DNA from: Sulfurovum sp.
GTDB lineage: Bacteria; Campylobacterota; Campylobacteria; Campylobacterales; Sulfurovaceae
Direction of reading: 5' to 3'
Length of the DNA stretch: 64,000 bases
NCBI GenBank assembly: GCA_027081115.1
Contig: JALWLD010000121.1
Location: forward strand, 22,786-86,785
Shown here: positions 21,080 through 31,458 of the stretch, one piece after another
Layout of the letters: every line of letters begins with the position of its first letter
Numbering within the stretch: the first letter of the stretch is position 1
Position numbers and translations under genes: made by a program
The notes under the pieces: generated by a model
Told to the model about the DNA's origin: nothing
Seen by the model: only the letters and a program-made list of their open reading frames with translations
Databases searched by the model: none

Positions 21080-22398
21080 TGCAAAGACGAGACCTATTAA
21101 AAGTAGCTTCTTTAGCTTTTCTTTCGACCATAAGTTATGGAGCAGCTACTAGTGCAATGCCAAGTAAACATAGTAAAAATAGCACTCTTGTAAACAATAA
21201 AAAATCAAAGCCAAAAGTGGTTGTAGTTGGTGGGGGATGGGCAGGTTTGGCTCTTGCCAAACATATAAAAGTCTTCTCTGAGGAGAGTGATGTGATCCTT
21301 GTAGAAAAACGAGATCATTTTGTCTCTTGTCCTATGAGTAATGAGTGGCTTGTTGGTTTGGTTGACTTGGAGTTTCTTACCCATAGCTATATTGATGCAG
21401 CTAAAAATAACCACTATACTTTTGTGAATGCTACTGCCATAGATGTCGATAGAGAAAAAAATGTCCTTATGACGACCGAGGGAGAGATAGCTTATGACCA
21501 TCTTGTCTTTGCAGTAGGTATAGAGTATGATTATTTCAACTGGACAAAAGAGGACAAGGCATTGGAGCAGAGACTTAGAAGTGAGTATCCTGCAGCATTT
21601 GTCCCGGGTTCGGAACACATTACACTTAAAGAGAAGATCAAGAATTTCAAAGGTGGCAACTTTATACTGACTGTTCCTAAAGGTAATTACCGCTGTCTTG
21701 CCGCTCCTTATGAAAGAGCCTGTTTGATTGCAGATTATTTTAAACACCAGGGTATAGATGGGAAAGTCATCATTATGGATGAGAGTAACCATATACGCAT
21801 TAAAGATAAAGGTTTCTCTTCTGCTTTTGAAGAGTTGTATAAAGACAAGATTGTCTATATGCCTTCTGCGGAAATACTGGAGTTTGATCTTGATAAGAAA
21901 ATTGTTAAAACTGACTTTGATGAGATAGCTTTTGAAGATGCAAGTTTTTACCCTAATGTGAAAGCACCGGCTATTTTAGAGAAGCTTCAGATGACAAGAA
22001 CAACACCATTCAACAGAGTAGAAGCCGATATTGACCAGTATACCTATAAGGTTAAAGGAACAAACAATATTTATGTCTGTGGAGATGCAAGACCAATGGG
22101 CTTTTCAAAATCAGGAAATACTGCATTCTCTGAGGGGGTCAATCTGGCACAAATGATTGCAGATGAGATACATGGTAAAAAACCTGTATGGAAATCACCG
22201 GTAACAACCTGTTTTTCTCTGCTCTCTACCAAACCTGAAAGAGAAATATCACTTTTTACGGAATATATCTATACAAAAAAAGGCGGGATGGATTTTAAAA
22301 ATAATATAACCGATGAAGCATGGAAAACCAATGGTTTAGGCGAAGCGAAGGTTGCTTATAGCTGGGCTGAGAGTATGTATAAAAACATGTTTGCATAA
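21079..22398 (+). CDS. flavocytochrome c sulfide dehydrogenase flavoprotein-like (FccB/SoxF family)
   Basis: Tat signal QRRDLLK, VVVVGGGWAG, SCPMSN, YRCLAAPYERAC. Confidence 0.85.
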   Translation: MQRRDLLKVASLAFLSTISYGAATSAMPSKHSKNSTLVNNKKSKPKVVVVGGGWAGLALAKHIKVFSEESDVILVEKRDHFVSCPMSNEWLVGLVDLEFLTHSYIDAAKNNHYTFVNATAIDVDREKNVLMTTEGEIAYDHLVFAVGIEYDYFNWTKEDKALEQRLRSEYPAAFVPGSEHITLKEKIKNFKGGNFILTVPKGNYRCLAAPYERACLIADYFKHQGIDGKVIIMDESNHIRIKDKGFSSAFEELYKDKIVYMPSAEILEFDLDKKIVKTDFDEIAFEDASFYPNVKAPAILEKLQMTRTTPFNRVEADIDQYTYKVKGTNNIYVCGDARPMGFSKSGNTAFSEGVNLAQMIADEIHGKKPVWKSPVTTCFSLLSTKPEREISLFTEYIYTKKGGMDFKNNITDEAWKTNGLGEAKVAYSWAESMYKNMFA

Positions 22399-22469
22399 AA
22401 ATCATATATTTTCCAAAACAGTACTATATTCTTGATAACGCTTAAAATATTCGTGAAGGTAGTAAAAAT

Positions 22470-22625
22470 ATGAAAATACATACTTCTGTATCTGTTATGA
22501 TCCGGCTACTCTTATGGTTTGTGATGATAGGTGGTACAGTTAATTCGATTTCTGAAGATCGGGGTACACAGCTTTTTGACAATGTTTATACTACGGTACA
22601 TACCAACATTGTTTCTTTAGGATGA
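22470..22625 (+). pseudogene. possible decayed cytochrome c gene remnant
   Basis: 51-aa ORF with signal-like N-terminus and GTQLFDNVYTTVH where G..LF...CxxCH would be expected. Confidence 0.25.
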
Positions 22626-22827
22626 TTCTTTCCCATACTTGGAGGGATCATATTGAAGTGCACAGGCAGCTATACAGTGATATATCTTTTGAGTATAGTT
22701 CTGTTGACAAGGGGTTTATATATCAGTATTCGGTTAAAAAAAATTAAATAGGATATATTTAGTCTTATTTAAGGAAGAAAGTTATATATTACTATAGATT
22801 ATTATATTAATAATAAGGAGTTATATA

Positions 22828-23175
22828 ATGAACTTTGAAGATAAAGATATATATACAGCGGTTAAACATCACCTCCCCACGGTCAATGAGTATGTGAATT
22901 CACATGGTGGAGAGATAGATCTTCTTGGTACGCATAATGGTACAGTTTATATAGAGTTGACCGGGACCTGTCATGGCTGTGCAATGAGTCTTATGACTAC
23001 CAAAATGGTAGTGCAAAAAAGACTTCGTGAACTTATACATCCTGAGCTAACTGTAGTTAATGTTGACGGAACATCGGAAAATAAACTTCCTGACACTTAC
23101 TACACTGAAAAAGAAGAAGAGCGTGAAGAGGTTGAAGAAGAAAGTATTTGGGATAAAGTAAAAAAGTTTTTTTAA
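22828..23175 (+). CDS. NifU/Nfu C-terminal domain Fe-S carrier
   Basis: SHGGEIDL...LTGTCHGC. Confidence 0.85.
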   Translation: MNFEDKDIYTAVKHHLPTVNEYVNSHGGEIDLLGTHNGTVYIELTGTCHGCAMSLMTTKMVVQKRLRELIHPELTVVNVDGTSENKLPDTYYTEKEEEREEVEEESIWDKVKKFF

Positions 23176-23184
23176 AGGAATGAA

Positions 23185-23919
23185 ATGCGTTACTTCATAG
23201 GATTATGTATGGTATTGCTCTTGCAGGGATGTGATAGTGATACAAAAAAAGAAGATTTTGACGGTGCTATGCTTTTAAAAGAAAAATGTGCAGTATGTCA
23301 TAACTTGAAAATGCCTCCCGATACCTATGAAGATGAAAAAGCACCGCCTATGATGGCTGTAGTGTTCCACTTGAAAGATTTTATGAAGATACACAATGAG
23401 CAGGACAACATAGAGAAGTTTATTCCTTTTATTCAGGATTATGTTATGGATCCCAGTAAAGAGAAGTCCTATTGTGACGAAGAGAGTTTGAAAACGTATG
23501 GGGTCATGCCTTCACAAAAGGGAAATGTCAGTCAGGATGAACTTAAGGCTATTGCAGCGTATATGGTTACTTTTTATGATCAGCAGGTATATCTAAAAGA
23601 GATGCAGGCAAAATCTGCTTTTGATGCCTTGCCAAAAGGAGAACAGCTGGCTCGGAAGAGTGGTTGTTTTAACTGTCATGCGATAGAAAAGGACAAGGTA
23701 GGTCCTTCTTTCAGACATATAGCAAAAAATGGTACAGAAAAGGTCATTGACGTGATCCAAAACGGAAGTCAGGGGAAATGGGAAAAGTTTAACAAGAGAA
23801 TGATGCCGGCATACAACAAGAAGTTTTCAAAAGAAGAGTTGAATATTTTAAAAGAGTGGATAGATTCTTTAGGTAAAATAGAATTACCAAAAGTATGGAA
23901 GGTGAAAAATGATATTTGA
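23185..23919 (+). CDS. diheme c-type cytochrome lipoprotein
   Basis: Lipobox LQGC; CAVCH and CFNCH. Confidence 0.85.
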   Translation: MRYFIGLCMVLLLQGCDSDTKKEDFDGAMLLKEKCAVCHNLKMPPDTYEDEKAPPMMAVVFHLKDFMKIHNEQDNIEKFIPFIQDYVMDPSKEKSYCDEESLKTYGVMPSQKGNVSQDELKAIAAYMVTFYDQQVYLKEMQAKSAFDALPKGEQLARKSGCFNCHAIEKDKVGPSFRHIAKNGTEKVIDVIQNGSQGKWEKFNKRMMPAYNKKFSKEELNILKEWIDSLGKIELPKVWKVKNDI

Positions 23920-24505
23920 TTTGAATAAAGATAAAACGGTAAATGAAGCCTATAAACTGATGGCACAGACTATCATCCCCAGACCCATAGCATGGGTAGT
24001 GACAGAAGATGAGGGTGTCGTAAATATTGCACCGTTCTCCTATTTTATAGGACTTTCTTCTAACCCTGCCTCAGTACTTATCTCAGTAGGGCATAAAGCT
24101 GATGGAACTCCCAAAGATACTTTGGCAAATATACGCAAACATCAAAAATGTATCATATGTATGGTTCAAGAAGCAGATTTGGAGAAAATGCATTTTTCTT
24201 CCAAAGGAGTTGATAAAGATTTAAGTGAAGCAGAGCTTTTTGGGATCGAGACTGAAACTGTTATGGAGGGCTTTCCCCCTATGATCAAAGATGTACCTGT
24301 GGCTTATGTCTGTGAACTGAATCAAGAGGTAGAACTTGGTGGTGGATCTACAATACCATTGATCTTGAATGTAAAACAGATTTTTGTTAATGATGAAGTG
24401 ATCTCGGATAAAGAGCGCTTAAGTATCGACTTTAATCCAGTAGCCAGAATAGGTAAAAAATATGCCTTCCTTGGTCACAAGATTGATGCACCTGATATCC
24501 CTTAA
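23909..24505 (+). CDS. flavin reductase family protein
   Basis: IIPRPIAWV, NIAPFSYF, KDTLANI. Confidence 0.85.
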   Translation: MIFDLNKDKTVNEAYKLMAQTIIPRPIAWVVTEDEGVVNIAPFSYFIGLSSNPASVLISVGHKADGTPKDTLANIRKHQKCIICMVQEADLEKMHFSSKGVDKDLSEAELFGIETETVMEGFPPMIKDVPVAYVCELNQEVELGGGSTIPLILNVKQIFVNDEVISDKERLSIDFNPVARIGKKYAFLGHKIDAPDIP

Positions 24506-24528
24506 GTTAGATTGGTTACTATACACAC

Positions 24529-25110
24529 ATGTTAATACGAAAACTTTTTAAATTTGAAAATGCACATATTGTACGTGATTGTTCGACACAGCGCTGCTCT
24601 GAGAATATACATGGCCACTCTTATAAAATAGAAGTTTTATTAGAGTCAAACTATCTTGATAATGGGCAGATGGTGTATGACTTTGGTTTAACAAAACTTT
24701 ATATCAAGGAGTTGATTGACTCTTTTGACCATGCTATTACACTATGGTCTGATGATAAAAAAGCGTATACAGATGCCATGAAACAATACAGTAATCGGTG
24801 GGTCATGTTGCCTGTTTCTCCTTCCGCGGAACAGTTTTCAAGGATTATTTACCTGATGGTGGAGCGAGTGCTTGCTTGTACCGATATGCAAAATGGAGAA
24901 AAAGAGGTACTGTTGCACAGTATTATTGTGCATGAAACGGAAACGGGATATGCTCAAGGATTTAAAGAAGATGCACACTCGGCATTGATGGGAAAAATCG
25001 TTTTGGAAGAGATAGAATTTTCAGCACAGGTTAAAAGTGAATGGTCTGATCCTCAATTATGGGAAAAATTATTGAAGCATCAACCTATTATAAACCCAAA
25101 AAAAATATAG
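24529..25110 (+). CDS. queD: 6-carboxytetrahydropterin synthase
   Basis: FENAH, C...IHGHSY, FDH, SAE, VHET. Confidence 0.85.
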   Translation: MLIRKLFKFENAHIVRDCSTQRCSENIHGHSYKIEVLLESNYLDNGQMVYDFGLTKLYIKELIDSFDHAITLWSDDKKAYTDAMKQYSNRWVMLPVSPSAEQFSRIIYLMVERVLACTDMQNGEKEVLLHSIIVHETETGYAQGFKEDAHSALMGKIVLEEIEFSAQVKSEWSDPQLWEKLLKHQPIINPKKI

Positions 25111-25146
25111 TATAATAGATCTAAATATAAAACATAAAGGATTTTT

Positions 25147-25710
25147 ATGAAGCATATGATTTTACTCTCTTTGGTTTGCTCATCTATACTTTTTACAGGA
25201 TGTGGAGATGATGCAAAAAAAGCTGCAGCGGAAGCAACGGCTAAAACATCTGATATAGCTAAAGATACAGTAACAGATCTTCAACAAGCAGCAGCAGATG
25301 CAGCAGAAGCAACTAAAAGAGCAGCAGAGGCGACAGCAAGACTTGCCGAAGAAAAAGCAGCTGAAGCAAAAGCAGTAGCAGAAAAAGCAGCAGCAGAGTT
25401 AAAAGAACGTGCAGTAGAAACAACAGAAGCAGCTACAGAGCTTGCAAAAGAGGTTATGTCCAATAGTAGTGCAGGAGAAGCTGCATACGCAAAATGTACA
25501 GGATGTCATGGAAAAGATGGAAAGACAAAAGCTTTAGGTAAGTCTGAAATTATTGCAGGTCAGCCAGCAGCAGATATTGAGAAAAAAATGGCTGAGTATA
25601 AAGCAGGTACAAGAGATGTAGCAGGAATGGGTTCACTTATGAAAGGGCAAGTTGCGGCTATGAGTGATGAAGATATCAAAGCAGTATCCGCGTATATATC
25701 TGCCATGTAG
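25147..25710 (+). CDS. cytochrome c553-like lipoprotein with Ala/Glu/Lys-rich linker
   Basis: Lipobox FTGC, low-complexity helical linker, CTGCH, distal Met (SLMKGQ). Confidence 0.85.
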   Translation: MKHMILLSLVCSSILFTGCGDDAKKAAAEATAKTSDIAKDTVTDLQQAAADAAEATKRAAEATARLAEEKAAEAKAVAEKAAAELKERAVETTEAATELAKEVMSNSSAGEAAYAKCTGCHGKDGKTKALGKSEIIAGQPAADIEKKMAEYKAGTRDVAGMGSLMKGQVAAMSDEDIKAVSAYISAM

Positions 25711-25739
25711 TGAGAGATTACTTCCTCTTGGGAAGGATC

Positions 25740-26960
25740 TCACTTATGGGTATAAAAATCTTTTTTATACCTAGAAAAAAATTCCCAATGAACAGGGATT
25801 ATTTTTACTTTTTCCCCCTTTTCCAATGAATGTAGTTCTCCATCTGTGACCATTAACGCTTCTGTTTTTTGCATAGGTGCAACCATACCAGCCATTTGTT
25901 TTTTTAGTGGGGTAAATGCTTCTCCGTCAAAAGTACCCAAAACTACAGTGTGTTGTCCTTTTTTTTGTTTGTACGATTCAGAGATGATGGTATCTATACT
26001 ATTGAGGAAGTAGGCAGAATTACCAGACATTTTGTGTATAAGAGTACGTATAAATATTTCAAAGTTAACCATGCCTGCCAGAGGATTTCCGGGGAGGTTG
26101 ACAATGGCAGTATGTCCGATGGTCCCAAATGCAACAGGTCTTCCCGGTTTTATCTCCACACGGTTAAAAAGGGGTATGAGCCCACAGTTGGCAAAAGCCT
26201 CTTTTGTAAAATCTTTATCTCCAAAATTCATACCACCCGATGTAATAATAATATCTGCATTCAGAGAAGCTTTGATCGCCTTTTCAAGCTGTGTCACAGT
26301 ATCACCTATGTTTTGTAAAAATGAGACTTCACAGCCTAACTCTTGTGCTCGTGAGAGGAACATAGGTGTATTGGAGTTATAGAGCTGATGTGATTCTATT
26401 TGCTCATAATGACAACAGAGTTCATCACCGGAGGAGAAAACGGCTACGGTGATTTTTCTATGTACAGTGACATGGGTTACACCTTGGCTTGCAAGTAGAG
26501 CAATACTGTAGGCGGTAATAGCCTTACCTTTAGAGAGATAGACTGTATCTTGCTTCATGTCTTCTCCTGCGTAACGGATGAACATTTGTATTTCGATACT
26601 ACTTGGAAGCGTGATCTCTTTACCCTTCACTTTGACTACTTCAAAGGGTACCACGGCTTCACACCCTTTGGGAATAGGTGCACCGGTCATAATACGTATG
26701 GCCTCTCCTTCTTGCAGTACCATATCAGGCTTATCGCCTGCATAGATGACTCCTGTAGCAGTGACAGTATTTCCTGCATCAGCACTTTTGACCGCATATC
26801 CGTCACGGGTAGAGTTATCAAACCGAGGCAGGTCAAAATTGGCAATGTACTCTTTTGCCAAAATGCGCCCCAAAGAGAGTTCTATAGGGATAACTTCAGT
26901 GGAAACAGGGGAGATATTACAATAGATGATTTCCAGTGCTTCATTAATGGATACGGCCAT
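25740..26960 (-). CDS. moeA: molybdopterin molybdotransferase
   Basis: PRFDNS.RDGYA, RIMTGAP.P, SSGDEL, KPGRP, LPGNP. Confidence 0.92.
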   Translation of the reverse strand: MAVSINEALEIIYCNISPVSTEVIPIELSLGRILAKEYIANFDLPRFDNSTRDGYAVKSADAGNTVTATGVIYAGDKPDMVLQEGEAIRIMTGAPIPKGCEAVVPFEVVKVKGKEITLPSSIEIQMFIRYAGEDMKQDTVYLSKGKAITAYSIALLASQGVTHVTVHRKITVAVFSSGDELCCHYEQIESHQLYNSNTPMFLSRAQELGCEVSFLQNIGDTVTQLEKAIKASLNADIIITSGGMNFGDKDFTKEAFANCGLIPLFNRVEIKPGRPVAFGTIGHTAIVNLPGNPLAGMVNFEIFIRTLIHKMSGNSAYFLNSIDTIISESYKQKKGQHTVVLGTFDGEAFTPLKKQMAGMVAPMQKTEALMVTDGELHSLEKGEKVKIIPVHWEFFSRYKKDFYTHK

Positions 26961-27060
26961 ATTTATCCTTTTATGGGTAATTAGAGATGCTCTTATATTG
27001 ATTATAACTAAATAGGGTATAATCCACTTTTAATTTAAAATAGATCACTAAGGAACAATT

Positions 27061-27486
27061 ATGATAGAGCAAATGTTGGCAACACACAGTATTTTAGTCA
27101 AAGTTTTTTTGGCATTTTTGGTAGCGGGATTGTTTATCCCTAAGATGACAACAAGAAAACCTTTAGGGTTTAGAAAAGCAAGTTTTATCTATACGATGAT
27201 CTTTCAGGGAATTGCAACAATGATTGCATTTACCGGTCTTATCGCACTGGTTGCAGGAGAGCTTCCATTTTCGTTTGCCATTATACTTATGACAATTATC
27301 TGGGCTGTTATGATGTTTATCGAGATCAAAAAGTATAAATTGATCAAGATTGCAAAGCTGGAAAACCCTGAGACACATAAAGTACTAAAAGCTGGATTTA
27401 TAAAGATCTCTATACTTCAGATTTTACTTGTAGCGATCATGGTGGCACTTATGGTTTTTAAAGCCAAAGGTCTTCTGTCTATCTAA
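27061..27486 (+). CDS. hypothetical membrane protein (4 TM)
   Basis: Hydrophobic 141-aa ORF with AAGGA SD and TATAAT upstream. Confidence 0.7.
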   Translation: MIEQMLATHSILVKVFLAFLVAGLFIPKMTTRKPLGFRKASFIYTMIFQGIATMIAFTGLIALVAGELPFSFAIILMTIIWAVMMFIEIKKYKLIKIAKLENPETHKVLKAGFIKISILQILLVAIMVALMVFKAKGLLSI

Positions 27487-27489
27487 GTC

Positions 27490-28158
27490 ATGTTGTATCT
27501 TTATAATCAAGAGGCAGGAAAGCCTCAACTTACACTCACTGGAGATGACCATAGATACATCTTTAAAGTGCGTAGACACAAGGTTGAAGAGTTACTACAT
27601 CTACGAAACCTGAAAGATGGTCTGCTCTATACCTACCGTGTCAGTCATATAGATAAACGTACTGTGATACTGGATTTAAAAGAGAGTCAAGAGTTAGAGG
27701 TCAAGGCCAAACAATCTCTGCATATCGGTTGGTGTGTGATAGACACAAAAAATATTGAAAAAGTACTTCCCTCACTCAATGAGATGGGTATAGAAAAAAT
27801 TACATTTATCTACTGCCAACGTTCTCAAAAAAGTTTTAAACCCGATTTTAAACGTTTAGAAAAAATTCTTTTGAATGCTTCCCAGCAATCGGGAAGATCA
27901 AAGATGATGCAACTTGATATCGCAGAGAATCTTGAAGGTTTTTTAAAAGAAAATCCAGAGAGTAAAATGTTGAATTTTTCTAAAAACAACTTCATCTCCA
28001 AGAATCACTTCGATACTATAGTCATAGGCTGTGAAGGTGGTTTTCACGAAGATGAAGTAGCACTTTTCTCTAGCGAGAATATTGTAGGGTTCGATACACC
28101 TTTAGTACTTAAAAGTGAAAGTGCAGTGTGTGCAGTAGGAAGTCTAAAACTGCTTTAA
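27490..28158 (+). CDS. rsmE: 16S rRNA m3U1498 methyltransferase
   Basis: KVRR, EMGI, ASQQSGR, IGCEGGF, LKSESA. Confidence 0.9.
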   Translation: MLYLYNQEAGKPQLTLTGDDHRYIFKVRRHKVEELLHLRNLKDGLLYTYRVSHIDKRTVILDLKESQELEVKAKQSLHIGWCVIDTKNIEKVLPSLNEMGIEKITFIYCQRSQKSFKPDFKRLEKILLNASQQSGRSKMMQLDIAENLEGFLKENPESKMLNFSKNNFISKNHFDTIVIGCEGGFHEDEVALFSSENIVGFDTPLVLKSESAVCAVGSLKLL

Positions 28159-28159
28159 G

Positions 28160-29638
28160 CTACTCTCTAAAACGCGCTACTAACACTTTCAGTCTTTTTT
28201 TGTCAATTTCTACAGAAGTATCTCCACTTTTTTTAGCATAAAGTTGGCGTATCATCTCTTCTACTTCAGGATCTTTATTGGTATGGGGTAAGAGTATTTT
28301 TAGTGACTCGGACTCATTGAATGTTTTTTGTTTACGTTCAGGAAGATATCGTAAAAGGTAGAAGGAGAGAGTTCCTAAAATAAAGGCTAAGAGCAGGAAC
28401 CACCACATTTTAGGGATGGATTCCAGTTTTTCTTTTAAGTTTATTTTGTTTTTGGTAGAGGATTTAAGTCTGTCAGGTTTAGAATTTTGAGCTGTGAGTG
28501 TCCCTGTTTTTGTTTGGTTGACTTCAATTTCAATAGCATCAATTTTTAGCTCTTTTAAGAGATTCTCTTTAGGTACATACATGCTGAAGTGTTGTTCCGG
28601 GATAGTAAAACTCTCTTCTGAAATGAAAACAAACTCTTTTTTATAGTGACGGTAGATCTTTCCGTCTATTTCTTTTATATCTAGTGTTGCTTCATCGCTG
28701 TAGATAGTGACTCCATCCAGAAGATAGTCTGGAAACTCAAAGTGTGTAAGGTCGCCTTCTCCTTTGAGGGTTATACTGAGTTTTACAGGTTTACCTGCTG
28801 CAACTTTCTGTTTATCAATCTTACTTTTTAGGGTAAATACACCTACCAGGTCACTCTGTGTTGTTTGAGGTAATACCTCTATATCTAAAGTATTGGAGGC
28901 TCTCTGGAAGATCTTTCTGCTCTTGTCTACATTGGACATTTCCTTTTTTTGTTTATCTTGTAGTCCAATCTTTGCATAGGCAGGTCCCAGTGTATAGTTT
29001 CCTTCAGTGTGAGGGGTCAAAATGTATCGCAATTCAGTGACCTTGTGGCTACCGTCATCATAACTTTTTCCTTTGCCCATTTGTTCAACAAAGAAGCCTT
29101 CAAACTTTGGTCTGTGGTATTGAATCTTCCTGGATATGAGATAGTTATGTTGCAAAGAAAGACGTACTGTTACTAAAAATGCTTCTCCCACGGTTACACT
29201 TTTTTTATTAGATTTAAGTTGTAAGGAAAAGATATCACTTTTATTTTGATTCGAAACCGTAGTATCTTTCATTTTTAGTTTAATAGGGTCTGTTTTATAG
29301 AGTCTTCCATCTATCTCTACTTCAAAAGAGGGGATTGTCATATCTTTCTTTGGTGCAAAGGTCAAGGTAAGAATAGTACATTCTCTTTTGAGTTTTCCGT
29401 TGTTATAGACATGCATATTGGTGATTCTCTCATCACTACTCAATACTTTGATACCATCAATGTTTTTAACAACGGGAAAGACAGCGAATTTCCCTGTCGC
29501 CCGGATATGAAGCTCTACAACATTTCCTGTCAAAATACTTTTATTTGAAACCACTGCTTTAGCACCAACAGGACCTTCATTGGCATGTATGCATACAGAT
29601 AAGATTACAATAAAAATCAATAATTTTTGTAGTTTCAT
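28160..29638 (-). CDS. BatD-like exported protein
   Basis: Signal peptide, repeated beta-rich domains, GEGDL, C-terminal TM. Confidence 0.7.
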   Translation of the reverse strand: MKLQKLLIFIVILSVCIHANEGPVGAKAVVSNKSILTGNVVELHIRATGKFAVFPVVKNIDGIKVLSSDERITNMHVYNNGKLKRECTILTLTFAPKKDMTIPSFEVEIDGRLYKTDPIKLKMKDTTVSNQNKSDIFSLQLKSNKKSVTVGEAFLVTVRLSLQHNYLISRKIQYHRPKFEGFFVEQMGKGKSYDDGSHKVTELRYILTPHTEGNYTLGPAYAKIGLQDKQKKEMSNVDKSRKIFQRASNTLDIEVLPQTTQSDLVGVFTLKSKIDKQKVAAGKPVKLSITLKGEGDLTHFEFPDYLLDGVTIYSDEATLDIKEIDGKIYRHYKKEFVFISEESFTIPEQHFSMYVPKENLLKELKIDAIEIEVNQTKTGTLTAQNSKPDRLKSSTKNKINLKEKLESIPKMWWFLLLAFILGTLSFYLLRYLPERKQKTFNESESLKILLPHTNKDPEVEEMIRQLYAKKSGDTSVEIDKKRLKVLVARFRE

Positions 29639-29799
29639 TTTACTCTATTTTGTAGTACAGTATTTACTACTATCGTTTTTAAAAAGCATACCAAAATTTT
29701 CCTATTTTACTTCTTTTTAAGAACTATACCAGCTTAATAAAAAAATAAGTTTTATTGGAATATAATAAAAATATAACTATAATAACTGGAGGTTATAAA

Positions 29800-30135
29800 A
29801 TGAAAAGAGTAATTTTAGCAGTGTTATTGGCAAGTGCCGGATTGATGGCAGCAGGAGATACGGTAAGTCTTGATAACGGAGCAAAGCGTTATATGCAAAA
29901 GTGTGCTGTATGTCATGGTCCAAAAGCAGACAAAACTCCTATTACAAAGATGAAGCCGATTGCCGGTATGAAGGCAGAAAAAGTGGCACGCATCCTTGTG
30001 AACTATCAAAATGATGCTGATAACAACGACTTGAGAATTTCACATGGCTATAGTCAGGAGATGGTAAATGCTACTGTTTACCTTTCTCAAAAAGATATTG
30101 ATGATATCGCACTCTATGTAAGTTCGTTAAAATAA
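29800..30135 (+). CDS. monoheme cytochrome c (c553-like)
   Basis: Signal peptide, CAVCHG; GGAGG SD before ATG 29800. Confidence 0.85.
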   Translation: MKRVILAVLLASAGLMAAGDTVSLDNGAKRYMQKCAVCHGPKADKTPITKMKPIAGMKAEKVARILVNYQNDADNNDLRISHGYSQEMVNATVYLSQKDIDDIALYVSSLK

Positions 30136-30149
30136 TCTCTCAAGTAGAG

Positions 30150-30174
30150 GCATGCTGGTTTGCAGCATGTTTTT
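30150..30174 (+). terminator. rho-independent terminator
   Basis: CATGCTG-gtttg-CAGCATG followed by a T run. Confidence 0.7.
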
Positions 30175-30230
30175 AATTCTCTATTATTTCTATATTTTAT
30201 ACTATTTTAAACTTTTTTCGATAAAATATC

Positions 30231-30320
30231 GGTCTTAATTGTCTCGTCTAAGAGCGTTGCAATAACACTTTTTCAAATGAAAAAGGAAGGGTCACTGACC
30301 AGAACAGGCTAGTTACCTGT
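30231..30320 (+). ncRNA. candidate structured 5' leader of rpmE
   Basis: After -10 TAAAAT (30222-30227): hairpins CTTTTTC-AAAT-GAAAAAG, GGTC-ACT-GACC and ACAGG..CCTGT. Confidence 0.35.
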
Positions 30321-30348
30321 CATAAAAACAAACTTTTAAGGAAATAGA

Positions 30349-30549
30349 ATGAGAAAAGATATTCACCCAAATTACGTTGAGTGTAAAGTAGCATGTGCTT
30401 GTGGAAACAAGTTTGAGATCAGATCTGACAGAGCAGAGATGAGTATTGATATTTGTAATGAGTGTCACCCCTTCTTTACAGGGTCAGAAAAAATTCTTGA
30501 TGCTGCTGGTAGAGTTGAGAAGTTTAAAAGCAAATATAAACTTTCTTAA
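30349..30549 (+). CDS. rpmE: 50S ribosomal protein L31 (Zn-ribbon type)
   Basis: [27 protein letters not shown]. Confidence 0.97.
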   Translation: MRKDIHPNYVECKVACACGNKFEIRSDRAEMSIDICNECHPFFTGSEKILDAAGRVEKFKSKYKLS

Positions 30550-30593
30550 GTACCCTGAACAGGCCATTTTGGCTCTGTTCCTCCCTCTTTTTT

Positions 30594-31406
30594 ATGATTA
30601 CATTCATACCAACTCCCATCGGAAACCCACAAGACATTACTATTAGAGCTATGAAGCTTTTTGAAAATGCCGCACTGTTTTTTTGTGAAGATACACGTCA
30701 GACCAAAAGGCTTTTACGTCTCCTTGAAGAGCGTTTTGATATGACCTACCCCGATGCTGAGTTTTACTCTTTTAATGAACATAATGGTGAAGCTCGTATT
30801 GAAGAATTTGCTTCTGTTTTCGAACAAAAAGAGATTATTTATGTCAGTGATGCGGGTATGCCTGTTATTTCAGATCCTGGACAGTTACTGGTAGCCTATT
30901 GTCAAAGTCAAGATATCAAATATGATGTGCTTCCCGGTGCTTCGGCTGTAACCACTGCATATGCTGCTTCAGGGTTTGAAGAGGGGAAGTTTCTTTTTTA
31001 TGCTTTTTTACCACATAAAGGTAAAGAACGCAGCACAGCCCTCTTGGAAGCTATGAATAACGGTTACAATACTGTTCTCTATGAGTCTCCCCACAGGTTG
31101 GAAAAACTTTTAAAAGAGTTGGTAGAAGCAGATGAAAACAGAGAACTTTTTTTAGCCAAAGAGATCTCTAAAAAATATCAAACCTACTATAGGGGTAAAG
31201 CTAAAGAACTTAATGAAAAGTTTAAAACACTGACTATTCGTGGAGAGTGGGTTGTGGTTATTTCTGCTAAAAAAAGTAGTGAAAAAAGTCTCTCTTTTGC
31301 AGAAGTATTAAAACTTGAACTTCCCCCCAAGCCAAAGGCAAAACTCCTCGCTCAGCTGAGCGATAAGAGTGTTAAAGAGTGGTATGAAACGCTCATTAAA
31401 AACTGA
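30594..31406 (+). CDS. rsmI: 16S rRNA Cm1402 methyltransferase
   Basis: PTPIGN, CEDTR, SDAGMPVISDPG, YESPHR. Confidence 0.95.
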   Translation: MITFIPTPIGNPQDITIRAMKLFENAALFFCEDTRQTKRLLRLLEERFDMTYPDAEFYSFNEHNGEARIEEFASVFEQKEIIYVSDAGMPVISDPGQLLVAYCQSQDIKYDVLPGASAVTTAYAASGFEEGKFLFYAFLPHKGKERSTALLEAMNNGYNTVLYESPHRLEKLLKELVEADENRELFLAKEISKKYQTYYRGKAKELNEKFKTLTIRGEWVVVISAKKSSEKSLSFAEVLKLELPPKPKAKLLAQLSDKSVKEWYETLIKN

Positions 31407-31458
31407 TCCTATATCACTACACGCAGATTTCAAGTAAAAATTAGATAAAATCACTCTT

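Noticed and set aside
25072-25083. TTGAAGCATCAA upstream of the cytochrome c553 lipoprotein gene
   Set aside because: Half-site spacing is 2 nt too short and it lies inside the queD coding sequence
25200-25450. GCAGCAGAA-rich repetitive DNA
   Set aside because: Explained by the Ala/Glu/Lys-rich protein linker; not a CRISPR array or mobile repeat
26998-27011. TTGATTATAACTAA between moeA and the 27061 gene
   Set aside because: Poor right half-site and no -10 at class II spacing on either strand
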